Shown: piece by piece, positions 23,307-30,452 of the stretch
Layout of the letters: each line of letters begins with the position of its first letter
Position numbering within the stretch: the first letter of the stretch is position 1
Origin: Acaryochloris marina S15
GTDB taxonomy: Bacteria > Cyanobacteriota > Cyanobacteriia > Thermosynechococcales > Thermosynechococcaceae
Assembly: GCF_018336915.1 (NCBI RefSeq)
Contig: NZ_CP064927.1
Span: 178,326-210,325, forward strand
Direction of reading: 5' to 3'
DNA length: 32,000 nt
The notes under the pieces: model-generated
The model's database searches: none
Seen by the model: only the letters and a program-made list of their open reading frames with translations
Told to the model about the DNA's origin: nothing
Translations under genes and position numbers: made by a program

Positions 23307-23347
23307 TTGCGATGGTCTCCGACCGGCCTTCGGCCATCGCAATCCCT
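23307..23347. repeat. hairpin repeat (copy 3 of 5)
   Basis: ttgcgatggtctccgaccggccttcggccatcgcaatcc. It overlaps the RHH ORF by 2 nt (23346-23347), i.e. its stop codon. Confidence 0.7.
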
Positions 23348-23564
23348 AACTCAGCAGCCCTTCTTTTTCTGCGGCCTCTCGCGTGACCTTCCTTAGCCAC
23401 GCTCTAAGTTCTCCTCTTTCAGAATACTTCTCTTCTAAGGCTTTATATACTTCTTCTTCCAGACGAATACTAATTGACTTGGAAAGCTTACCCGTTGAAT
23501 CATCAGCTCTGGGCAACGGCTTCAAGTGGTCAAATGTGGGGTTCGGATTTCTAGGCATATCCAA
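23346..23564 (-). CDS. putative ribbon-helix-helix DNA-binding protein (candidate repressor of the GCTTGAACTCAAGC operators)
   Basis: KLSKSISIRLEEEVYKALEEKY fits the beta-strand plus helix of RHH/CopG proteins. The likely ATG is 23558 (MPRNPNP). It diverges from the ardC operon and has an operator copy in its own upstream region. Confidence 0.5.
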   Translation of the reverse strand: MDMPRNPNPTFDHLKPLPRADDSTGKLSKSISIRLEEEVYKALEEKYSERGELRAWLRKVTREAAEKEGLLS

Positions 23565-23610
23565 TTCATAAAATACACAGAATCAGATTAGCATAAATAA
23601 GAAAAAATAA

Positions 23611-23624
23611 GCTTGAGTTCAAGC
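23611..23624 (-). promoter_or_regulatory. operator palindrome, copy 1 (reads GCTTGAACTCAAGC on the minus strand)
   Basis: gcttgagttcaagc on the plus strand. It lies ~50 nt upstream of the RHH start. Confidence 0.6.
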
Positions 23625-23656
23625 ATATTTGATTCTAAAAGAGAATATGGGGAAAA

Positions 23657-23682
23657 GTTAGGTAATACAGAATCCATAGAGA
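23657..23682 (-). promoter_or_regulatory. 26-nt conserved upstream motif, copy A
   Basis: Plus strand gttaggtaatacagaatccatagaga, minus strand TCTCTATGGATTCTGTATTACCTAAC. Related copies are at 28949, 30287 and 30360, with a partial copy at 25035. Confidence 0.6.
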
Positions 23683-23721
23683 TTTCAATAGTGTAAACTA
23701 GTGTAAATACTAAGCTTATAC

Positions 23722-23751
23722 GCTTGAACTCAAGCATATAGATGATACAAT
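23722..23751 (+). promoter_or_regulatory. promoter with embedded operator: GCTTGAACTCAAGC (-35 TTGAAC inside) + TACAAT
   Basis: Palindrome at 23722-23735 and -10 tacaat at 23746-23751, with 10 nt between them. The geometry is identical at 25095-25124. Preceded by tagtgtaaactagtgtaaata. Confidence 0.65.
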
Positions 23752-24056
23752 GGTTACATACAAACAAAGGCACCGCCCCCGACTGCGAATCTGAAGCGAT
23801 GCCCGAGTTAAAACCACAATCAGAGGCAATAACTATGCTTACTTTAGCCGAAACATCGATTTTTACGCTTCATCTTCAGTTCAACAATCCCAACCTGTTC
23901 GCCGCAATGGAAGATTGCGAAGATTCACAGGATCTAGTCGAAGAAGTTGCTAGCGATGGCGAGGCCCCTTCCTGCACTCTTCTAGGCCGCATGGGCCGCA
24001 TTGATGGGGTGGCTGTGGGTTATCTCTCAGATGGCACCCCGTTAAGAATCGAATAG
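23742..24056 (+). CDS. hypothetical small acidic protein (likely 73 aa from ATG 23835)
   Basis: The track start overlaps the predicted -10 box. ATG 23835 (MLTLAETS) has GAGG 8 nt upstream. Confidence 0.5.
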   Translation: MIQWLHTNKGTAPDCESEAMPELKPQSEAITMLTLAETSIFTLHLQFNNPNLFAAMEDCEDSQDLVEEVASDGEAPSCTLLGRMGRIDGVAVGYLSDGTPLRIE

Positions 24057-24119
24057 TCTCTCTGGGGCATCTCTGCCCCGCTCCTTTCGCTCCATCTAAA
24101 CCCACTCGCTACACAGGGA

Positions 24120-24998
24120 ATGAATATTATGACCACTCAAGCCAAACGTGAAAAGGCCCAAGCCAAACAACAAGCAGCACTCGAAAAACTAGAGCAAGGA
24201 ATTCTGAATATTGCAACTGAGGCCGATTGGCGACAATATCTAGACTTTCATTCCAAGTTTTACAACTACTCCGCTAAAAATACGATGCTGATTTACGGCC
24301 AATGCCCAGACGCTAGCCATGTGGCAGGCTACAAAGCTTGGCAGAAGCACGGGAGACAAGTTCGCAAAGGGGAGAAAGGGATCGTAATCCTCGCTCCCTG
24401 CAAGAAGAAAGTCGAGGATGAAAAAACAGGGGATAAAGCTTGGCAAATCTTTGGCTTTAAGACTGCAAGCGTTTTTGATGTTAGCCAAACCGATGGCGAA
24501 GAATTACAGGAAACAGATGTCAAGGCTCAGACCACTGAGGCCGAGCTATACCGGAACCTCAAAGCCTTCGGGGAAGCTCAAGGGTTTACGGTGCTTGAGC
24601 AAGCCTATCCTGGGGCTTACGGGGTCTGTATCTACAAGCCCAGTGGCATAGAGATTCAGGTTGACCCACTGCTCAGTGTAGAGCTGAGAGCTAGCATTCT
24701 TGCCCATGAGCTAGGCCATGCCCTCATGCATAATGCGGCTGAGTATTGCGACCACACCCCCACATCCACTAAGGAGCTAGAAGCTGAGTCAGTCGCCTAC
24801 TGCGTGACGCAATACTTTGGAGTTGCTGAGGATCAGAAGCGTTCCTTTGCTTACATCAACTGTTGGAACCGGGAAAGCGATCAGGCACTTGAGCAGTTCA
24901 AAGCGTCAATGAGTGTGATCGCAAAAACCGTTAAGGCGATTATTGAGGGAGTTGAAAGCGCTACCTCGAATGAATCCAAAGCTTTAGCAATTACCTAA
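24120..24998 (+). CDS. ardC: ArdC-like antirestriction protein (ssDNA-binding N-domain + HExxH metalloprotease domain)
   Basis: N-domain FHSKFYNYSAKNTMLIYGQCPDASHVAGYKAWQKHGRQVRKGEKGIVI. C-domain ILAHELGHALMH and ELEAESVAYCV. Confidence 0.85.
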   Translation: MNIMTTQAKREKAQAKQQAALEKLEQGILNIATEADWRQYLDFHSKFYNYSAKNTMLIYGQCPDASHVAGYKAWQKHGRQVRKGEKGIVILAPCKKKVEDEKTGDKAWQIFGFKTASVFDVSQTDGEELQETDVKAQTTEAELYRNLKAFGEAQGFTVLEQAYPGAYGVCIYKPSGIEIQVDPLLSVELRASILAHELGHALMHNAAEYCDHTPTSTKELEAESVAYCVTQYFGVAEDQKRSFAYINCWNRESDQALEQFKASMSVIAKTVKAIIEGVESATSNESKALAIT

Positions 24999-25092
24999 TC
25001 TGCTGGCCTGGGTGAGCCATTAATCACCCATAAAAAAACACAGATTCTAGAGAGAATTTAAGATTGTAAATCAGTGTAAATAGTGAGTCTAT

Positions 25093-25623
25093 ATGCTTGA
25101 ACTCAAGCATATAAATGTTATAATACTTATATTGAAACGCAAAGACAAACCGATGACTTACTTCCCCGCAGCCACTACCCTCACCACTGTTAAAGTCGCC
25201 AAATATCGGGAAGCCTTGAGATTCGCTGAGTATGTTGCAAACCGCATTGAACATCCGTCTTGCCGTTGGGATGAAGTAATCCGTGAACGCAGCTCAAGCC
25301 TTCTATCTCTGTTTCGCGCCATGCGTGAACTACAGTCCATGAAGTGCCCCCGATCCTCACAGGATGATAAGAACCGCTACGCTTCCGTAATGGCTAAAGC
25401 CAATCGAATGATGGAGCAACACGGTGCAGAATATTTCGAGAGCCTTCATGGGCTTTCAACCACCCAAACTGACGAGGAAATCAATTGGAATTGGTTAGGG
25501 TCTTCTATGGCCGATGAGCTGACATACCTCAAAAGCCCCGCAGAATACCCCGCGCAATACGCCCGAGTAGTTGCTTCACTCAAGCCCAAGGCCAAGAAAC
25601 AGCGACATTTACACGTTGTTTAG
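25093..25623 (+). CDS. hypothetical protein (likely 156 aa from ATG 25153)
   Basis: The track start lies within the promoter. MTYFPAATTLTT begins at 25153. No motif recognised. Confidence 0.55.
   Translation: MLELKHINVIILILKRKDKPMTYFPAATTLTTVKVAKYREALRFAEYVANRIEHPSCRWDEVIRERSSSLLSLFRAMRELQSMKCPRSSQDDKNRYASVMAKANRMMEQHGAEYFESLHGLSTTQTDEEINWNWLGSSMADELTYLKSPAEYPAQYARVVASLKPKAKKQRHLHVV
25095..25124 (+). promoter_or_regulatory. second promoter/operator cassette: GCTTGAACTCAAGC + TATAAT
   Basis: Palindrome at 25095-25108 (extended tatgcttgaactcaagcata) and tataat at 25119-25124. Preceded by ttgtaaatcagtgtaaata and a partial 26-nt motif (25035-25056). Confidence 0.7.
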
Positions 25624-25633
25624 TGCGTGAATA

Positions 25634-25942
25634 TTGCACATTGTACAATATACATATTATGATAGTGACATGATTAAAAGCTTTCGCCACAAAGGACTTA
25701 AGCGTTTTTTCGAGACTGGCTCAACTGCGGGCATCCAAGCAAAACACCAGGCGCGATTGAGGTTACAGCTACAAGTGTTAAATAGCATCTCGAATGTGCT
25801 AGAGCTTGATATTCCTGGGTTCTATCTCCATAAGTTAAAGCCAAGCTCTCGATGGTCGATTCGCGTTAGTGGCAACTGGAGACTCACCTTTGAATTCACT
25901 GATGGCGACGTTATTGTGCTTGATTACGAGGACTACCATTGA
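25634..25942 (+). CDS. higB: HigB toxin (RelE/ParE superfamily, plasmid maintenance killer)
   Basis: MIKSFRHKGLKRFFETGS...IQAKHQARLRLQL..L...WSIRVSGNWRLTFEFTDGDVIVLDYEDYH is a textbook HigB pattern. The likely ATG is 25670. Confidence 0.9.
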   Translation: MHIVQYTYYDSDMIKSFRHKGLKRFFETGSTAGIQAKHQARLRLQLQVLNSISNVLELDIPGFYLHKLKPSSRWSIRVSGNWRLTFEFTDGDVIVLDYEDYH

Positions 25943-26232
25943 TGTTGATGCATAACCCACCCCATCCCGGCGAGGTCATTCAGGGATTGTTTCTTGAACC
26001 GAATGAATGGACCCTGACCGATGTTGCTAATGCACTAGAGGTCAGCCCCGGTAATTTCTCAAGGCTGGTCAATGGCAAAATCGACCTTAGCTCTGACATG
26101 GCCGTGAGGCTGTCTAGGGTTTTGGGCCTGGAGCCGCTAACCTGGATGCGAATGCAGGCCGATCATGATGTTTGGAATGCACAACAAGATAATGACCATG
26201 CTGAGTTAAAGCGGTTGGCGGTTAAGGTTTAA
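25939..26232 (+). CDS. higA: HigA antitoxin (XRE HTH)
   Basis: HNPPHPGEVI...LTDVANALEVSPGNFSRLVNGKIDLSSDMAVRLSRVLG...WMRMQADHDVW. ATG 25942 overlaps the higB TGA. Confidence 0.9.
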   Translation: MMLMHNPPHPGEVIQGLFLEPNEWTLTDVANALEVSPGNFSRLVNGKIDLSSDMAVRLSRVLGLEPLTWMRMQADHDVWNAQQDNDHAELKRLAVKV

Positions 26233-26395
26233 TGAACCAATGGAGACAGATTCAGCGACGCCCAACGAAAATGACGAAACAGAGAGCTAGGTAAATAATT
26301 CTATTGAATTTCATCATTAAAATAGATGTTTGCGGTAGTGCATATAACGCTATACGTATTAGGAGTTAAGGTAAATATTACCTGGGAGATATAGT

Positions 26396-26794
26396 ATGGC
26401 TGAAGACTTATCCATCATAATTGAGGCCACTTCGGAGCAAGCATTTTTGGAAAAGTATAGTAATTTAACTTCTTTACTAAAAGATGAAAATATAAAGTTT
26501 GATTTAGTTGAAGATAATGTCGAATTCGGGCTTGAGAAAGAAGAATTATTGCTAATAGCTTTCAACTTTATAATTACTTCGGCTGCATCAGGACTAATAT
26601 GGGATTTAGTAAAATCTCTCTCTTTTAAAATATTAGATAATATGCCCTACACACAAAGAAGAAATACAGAAATAAGATATAAAATCAATGATTCTGAAGG
26701 AGAGATTAAAATTATAAACAGATCAAAAGATTCTTTTACGATAAAATTTCCAGACGGCACCAAAATCACCTCTGAAAATGACACAACACATTAG
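26396..26794 (+). CDS. hypothetical protein with one central hydrophobic helix (AT-rich cassette gene 1)
   Basis: GGGAG upstream of the ATG. Acidic N-terminus, LLLIAFNFIITSAASGLIWDLV, then a beta-looking tail. Confidence 0.55.
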   Translation: MAEDLSIIIEATSEQAFLEKYSNLTSLLKDENIKFDLVEDNVEFGLEKEELLLIAFNFIITSAASGLIWDLVKSLSFKILDNMPYTQRRNTEIRYKINDSEGEIKIINRSKDSFTIKFPDGTKITSENDTTH

Positions 26795-27410
26795 ATATCG
26801 AAGTCTAAGTTGGTGGTTCAAAGCGCTGACTTTTCAGGCTTATCGTATATTTGGTGTTAGACATTTTTTCAAGATGCTAGGACTTGTCCAGAAATATACT
26901 CCTGCTGATATTTTGATGCAATATGTATTGCAGGATGCAGAACTTTGCTATCATCAGCTGATCAAAAAATACCCTGAATATACTTGGACAAACAAATATG
27001 TCAAGAGAGGATTGAGTTACGTCATCCCAGAATTTAGTTTACTCACTTGTTATAATCATTTCAACTTATTTGCTTTTTGGTGTGATGATGCCATTATAAG
27101 TGACTGCAAAAAAATACTAAAACTTGGCCTCCCGATAAACACCTCAATTAGGCTTAAAAGTGGCGAAAGGCATACTATACTCTTAATTGGATACGATGAA
27201 GAGAGAAAACTATTTTATGCGCATGATCCATTAGGAGACTATTTTAGTAACTATAAAATCATGTACGGTGCGAACATTGAATTCCCTTTTTATAAAATCC
27301 TGAAAATCTCTACTGGTAACCCTTTAAGAATTCAACTTAGTTGTAATTCATATCAGTCAGAACTTGTAAGTGAAATATTGCACCTTAGAAAGTTATATAG
27401 TTGGCCTTAA
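26778..27410 (+). CDS. putative papain-fold (C39-like) cysteine peptidase (AT-rich cassette gene 2); weak
   Basis: It overlaps gene 1 by 17 nt. The pattern RHTILLIGYDEERKLFYAHDP (H...GYD...DP) is typical of C39-like/BtrH-like peptidases. Candidate Cys residues lie in LLTCYNHFNLFAFWCDD. Confidence 0.4.
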   Translation: MTQHIRYRSLSWWFKALTFQAYRIFGVRHFFKMLGLVQKYTPADILMQYVLQDAELCYHQLIKKYPEYTWTNKYVKRGLSYVIPEFSLLTCYNHFNLFAFWCDDAIISDCKKILKLGLPINTSIRLKSGERHTILLIGYDEERKLFYAHDPLGDYFSNYKIMYGANIEFPFYKILKISTGNPLRIQLSCNSYQSELVSEILHLRKLYSWP

Positions 27411-27496
27411 GCCTTAGTTTTAGAAATGTTATTTATTTTACGGAGAATTGAATCAGGAAAAGGTGTATTCTCTACTATTTGTGATAAGAAAATAAG

Positions 27497-27527
27497 ATCA
27501 CTTCCAAACCTATAGCTTGGAAGTGAT
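27497..27527 (+). terminator. stem-loop after cassette gene 2 (possible terminator)
   Basis: 11-bp stem atcacttccaa / ttggaagtgat with a 9-nt loop. The trailing T-tract is weak. Confidence 0.4.
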
Positions 27528-27633
27528 ATATCTTGGCTAATTGGTCTAAAATGAGTGGAGATCGATTAATTGATGTCATGTTTATATAAATACCTTTTAA
27601 AGTAGAATTTTATTATTTATTAAATAGTTCAAT

Positions 27634-28434
27634 GTGCTAAATATTTCGTCATTACTTCAAATTATTGTATTTTCATTTACAGTTATCGCATCCCTATGTA
27701 CGTTCTTCGGATGGCTATGGCGGGAACAGCAAAGAAGGTCAAGCGCTCAGTTTACTATTGATTTACTATGGTCATCTGGCCCTTCAGATGGCTGGATATT
27801 GACTGATACTCTAGGACAAAGCCCCACGTGTATTCCAGGAAGTTATTACCCGAGATACCGCTATAGTCCTACACGCACTCAAAAATTTGTTAAGAGTGTG
27901 CTTAGGATTAAAGCTTGGTTTTATAAACTTGCATCCCGTTCTACTCCTTTTTTACAAAGACCCAAGAAGCACTTTTGGAATCTACATTATCCTGGTTTGG
28001 ATCCAGCCTTCGATGTGTTATTTCAAAATACAACTAGAAGAGATTTAGTCATAACGAGTCTTGGTATTGAGATCTGTAGTGTTGCTCATGTAACACCATA
28101 TATGGGAAGCCCACCAGCACGTAAGATTGAATGTCAAGCAAAATATAGATTGCGTATACCAGACATTAACCAGGAGATCCGTAACAGAGGTGTTTGGAGC
28201 GATGGCCGAGTCCTTGAAACGCAGCGTGTAAAATGTAAAGTTGCAGTAAAGCCTTTTAAAGACATGTTTGTTATTGAGCGTAATGGACTCTTTCGGTATG
28301 GGCTGTGGTTAGATGGTTATGTCAAGAATGTTCCAACAAATTCAATCATTCGTTTATGGCTTCAAAATAAGGAAGGATCAGTATTTTTGTCACCACATAT
28401 TAGGCTGACTCACATTGGCTGCTTTGAAGATTAA
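27634..28434 (+). CDS. N-terminally membrane-anchored protein of unknown function (AT-rich cassette gene 3)
   Basis: GTG start. TM helix LLQIIVFSFTVIASLCTFFGWLW followed by REQQRR, then a ~230-aa domain with no motif I recognise. Confidence 0.55.
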   Translation: MLNISSLLQIIVFSFTVIASLCTFFGWLWREQQRRSSAQFTIDLLWSSGPSDGWILTDTLGQSPTCIPGSYYPRYRYSPTRTQKFVKSVLRIKAWFYKLASRSTPFLQRPKKHFWNLHYPGLDPAFDVLFQNTTRRDLVITSLGIEICSVAHVTPYMGSPPARKIECQAKYRLRIPDINQEIRNRGVWSDGRVLETQRVKCKVAVKPFKDMFVIERNGLFRYGLWLDGYVKNVPTNSIIRLWLQNKEGSVFLSPHIRLTHIGCFED

Positions 28435-28561
28435 AATCACCAAGCTGGTCTAATACCTATTCATCCTTACTTTAATCCTGGATTATTAGAATTACCTAGT
28501 CATTATTTCGGTTTTAATGGACAACACACCCCAAACAAATAGCTTTTAAAAACAAAATTAC

Positions 28562-28933
28562 CTAGTTAATATAAATCCCCTGTAGAATCTGAGATTTCAC
28601 AGCTTCAAAATCAGTCAATGGTATTTCATAGGAAGGATTGCAGAGCTTCTTTAGTAGCATGTCAAGCATTGGGTTATCGCTGTTATATTCCACCTCTGCC
28701 AGGGGATTAGGAGCCGAAAAATCATAAAGAAGCACCCTTGTTCTTTCGGGCCATTCTTTGATCAGAAAGCCCATGCCCTTTGCTTGATTGCTAAATAGCG
28801 ACTCATTGAGAGGGCCATTGATTTCGCTTAGCACATCAGAGTAAGAGGCCAGCTCAAACCCGGAGAAATCACCGTTGATGATGGTGTTAGCGAGATTGAG
28901 CGATCCAAAAAGTCGATCCAGATTTACTGTCAT
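28562..28933 (-). CDS. hypothetical protein (123 aa)
   Basis: ATG with GAGG upstream. It is preceded at a fixed 15 nt by the 26-nt conserved motif. Confidence 0.6.
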   Translation of the reverse strand: MTVNLDRLFGSLNLANTIINGDFSGFELASYSDVLSEINGPLNESLFSNQAKGMGFLIKEWPERTRVLLYDFSAPNPLAEVEYNSDNPMLDMLLKKLCNPSYEIPLTDFEAVKSQILQGIYIN

Positions 28934-28948
28934 GATTGTGCCTCAGTA

Positions 28949-28974
28949 GCTAAGTAATACAAAATCCATAGAGA
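28949..28974 (-). promoter_or_regulatory. 26-nt conserved upstream motif, copy B
   Basis: Plus strand gctaagtaatacaaaatccatagaga. It lies 15 nt from ATG 28933 and is followed upstream by the 27-mer (28991-29017). Confidence 0.6.
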
Positions 28975-28990
28975 ATCTGAAAAATTGAAA

Positions 28991-29017
28991 GACTGGGTGA
29001 ATTAATAGGTGTGATGT
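28991..29017. repeat. 27-mer gactgggtgaattaataggtgtgatgt (copy 2 of 3)
   Basis: Exact match to 18480-18506 and 30410-30436. Confidence 0.9.
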
Positions 29018-29035
29018 CGAGGGTTTGGTATTGAG

Positions 29036-29095
29036 TTGCGATGGTCTCCGACCGACCTAAGTCCTACGGACAGCAAGCAACGGCTATCGCATCCC
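29036..29095. repeat. hairpin repeat (copy 4 of 5, expanded loop)
   Basis: ttgcgatggtctccgaccgacctaagtcctacggacagcaagcaacggctatcgcatccc. It lies directly 3' of the 301-aa gene. Confidence 0.6.
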
Positions 29096-29115
29096 TGCAG
29101 TACGAACCACAATAC

Positions 29116-30021
29116 TCAAAACGGCACATCATCAATCGTTAGCTCTAGAACTGGAGTACCACCGTCCTCACGCTCAAATTCCCGGCATTGCTCAGATGGG
29201 TTACCCGTGCCACAGCCGAAGGGCACAACCGCGCAGCAGTCGTAATACTTGCCAATATATTTGCACCGGGAGCAGCAACGAAAGGGACGGAAAGGCGTTT
29301 GCTTATTTTCATCTGTCTCATCTGGTGGATCATAATCAGGGTCAAGACTCCAAACGATATGATGGTCTCGAATAGTGGGCCAGATCTTCCCCTCGTTGTA
29401 AAGCCGCTGCGTGTCAATGTGGACCGTTGCAGCCCTTGCTGGATGCTCCCACAGCCGAGTATCGGAGCAAATCTGGATAGCCCCCTGCAAAGCATCTATG
29501 GGGCTAGTCTCCGTACCCAAATCACTCAGCCTTGCAATTAGTGCGTATCTAGCTTGCTGTTCTTTTTCCCTTACTGTTGTAGCTTTAGTCTGTAATGGCC
29601 TGACCCGCTTTACTAGAGCCATATCCAGCGCTCCCACTCGTTGAGCGATTTCAGCTACATCTTTGGTGACGATGGCAAGCTTTTCATCAAACGAGGTATC
29701 CAGAATGGCATGGGTATGAACCTGCGGATCGTCAGCTCTGGCCTCTCGTCTGGCTTCAGAATTGCCAGTTGCACTGTTGGGCTTTTTATCTTCCAGGGGA
29801 CAACCTTCGCGAGGGTCCAACAACCAGCACCCAACCACAGAAAAAGATATCGTAAATGGAATTGTAAGTGCCCAAAAGGACAAAGAAAGGTTTTCTCCTT
29901 CTTTTTTAGGTAAAGCGATGAGTCCTACCAAGGTTGAGAGTGCAATTACAACAAAACATGCAATTGCAAAACTCTCCCACTCCCAACCCGGAGATTCATC
30001 GTGGTTTTGAGTATTTGTCAT
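29116..30021 (-). CDS. two-TM membrane protein with Cys-rich C-terminal domain, unknown function
   Basis: GGAGAAAACTG upstream of the ATG. TM helices FAIACFVVIALSTLVGLIALP and LSFWALTIPFTISFSVVGCWLL. C-terminus FRCCSRCKYIGKYYDCCAVVPFGCGTGNPSEQC. Confidence 0.7.
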   Translation of the reverse strand: MTNTQNHDESPGWEWESFAIACFVVIALSTLVGLIALPKKEGENLSLSFWALTIPFTISFSVVGCWLLDPREGCPLEDKKPNSATGNSEARREARADDPQVHTHAILDTSFDEKLAIVTKDVAEIAQRVGALDMALVKRVRPLQTKATTVREKEQQARYALIARLSDLGTETSPIDALQGAIQICSDTRLWEHPARAATVHIDTQRLYNEGKIWPTIRDHHIVWSLDPDYDPPDETDENKQTPFRPFRCCSRCKYIGKYYDCCAVVPFGCGTGNPSEQCREFEREDGGTPVLELTIDDVPF

Positions 30022-30074
30022 CAGTTTTCTCCGATTGCACGGGTATTTAGAGAAAAATCAACAAGTCTAGTACC

Positions 30075-30185
30075 TCACTTGAGGAGCAAAATCCAGGCGA
30101 TTATCCCTAAGACCCAACCAATGGGGCCTGCAAGGAGCAATAAGGGGGTAATCAGGATCAGAAGAACAATCAGACAACCTTTCAT
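30075..30185 (-). CDS. 36-aa highly hydrophobic peptide (not in ORF track)
   Basis: MKGCLIVLLILITPLLLLAGPIGWVLGIIAWILLLK*. Its ATG overlaps the stop of the upstream 28-aa ORF (TAATG). Confidence 0.5.
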   Translation of the reverse strand: MKGCLIVLLILITPLLLLAGPIGWVLGIIAWILLLK

Positions 30186-30271
30186 TAGTTTTTCTCCACA
30201 AAGTAGTTTTCTTCCAGCATTCGGGCAATGGTTTCAAGTTCTTGTTCTGGTTGGTCTAGAGTTACGCTCAT
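30185..30271 (-). CDS. 28-aa acidic peptide (not in ORF track)
   Basis: MSVTLDQPEQELETIARMLEENYFVEKN*. GGAGG lies 7 nt upstream, and the conserved motif lies 15 nt upstream of the ATG, the same spacing as at 28933. Confidence 0.45.
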   Translation of the reverse strand: MSVTLDQPEQELETIARMLEENYFVEKN

Positions 30272-30286
30272 AACTGAGCCTCCATA

Positions 30287-30386
30287 GTTAGGCAATACAG
30301 AATCCATATAGAAAATAAAAATTTAGAGCATTGGTATTGAGTAGATAGTTGGGGATTAAGTTAGGTAATACAGAACCCCTATAGAA
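30287..30386 (-). promoter_or_regulatory. two tandem copies of the 26-nt upstream motif (C1 30287-30313, C2 30360-30386)
   Basis: gttaggcaatacagaatccatatagaa and gttaggtaatacagaacccctatagaa. Followed by three copies of (a/g)tttgaaa (30386-30409) and the 27-mer. Confidence 0.6.
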
Positions 30387-30409
30387 TTTGAAAGTTTGAA
30401 AGTTTGAAA

Positions 30410-30436
30410 GACTGGGTGAATTAATAGGTGTGATGT
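30410..30436. repeat. 27-mer gactgggtgaattaataggtgtgatgt (copy 3 of 3)
   Basis: Exact match to the other two copies. Confidence 0.9.
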
Positions 30437-30452
30437 TGGGGATTGGTATCAA

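Noticed and set aside
23086-23400. ORFs 23086-23400 (-), 23099-23386 (+) and 19474-19662 (-), which have mutually similar translations
   Set aside because: They lie on the 117-bp direct repeats and the hairpin repeat. The similarity comes from repeated non-coding DNA, and no start or RBS context supports them.
29145-30010. Several overlapping track ORFs (29145-29495 -, 29188-29541 +, 29411-29644 +, 29641-29913 +, 29762-30010 +)
   Set aside because: All are nested in the 301-aa gene. That gene has an RBS, two clear TM helices and a paralogous copy that conserves its frame.
30001-30273. 90-aa plus-strand ORF
   Set aside because: It is antisense to two tiny minus-strand ORFs that have a GGAGG RBS, TAATG coupling and the conserved promoter motif at fixed spacing. 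The plus-strand reading has no such support.
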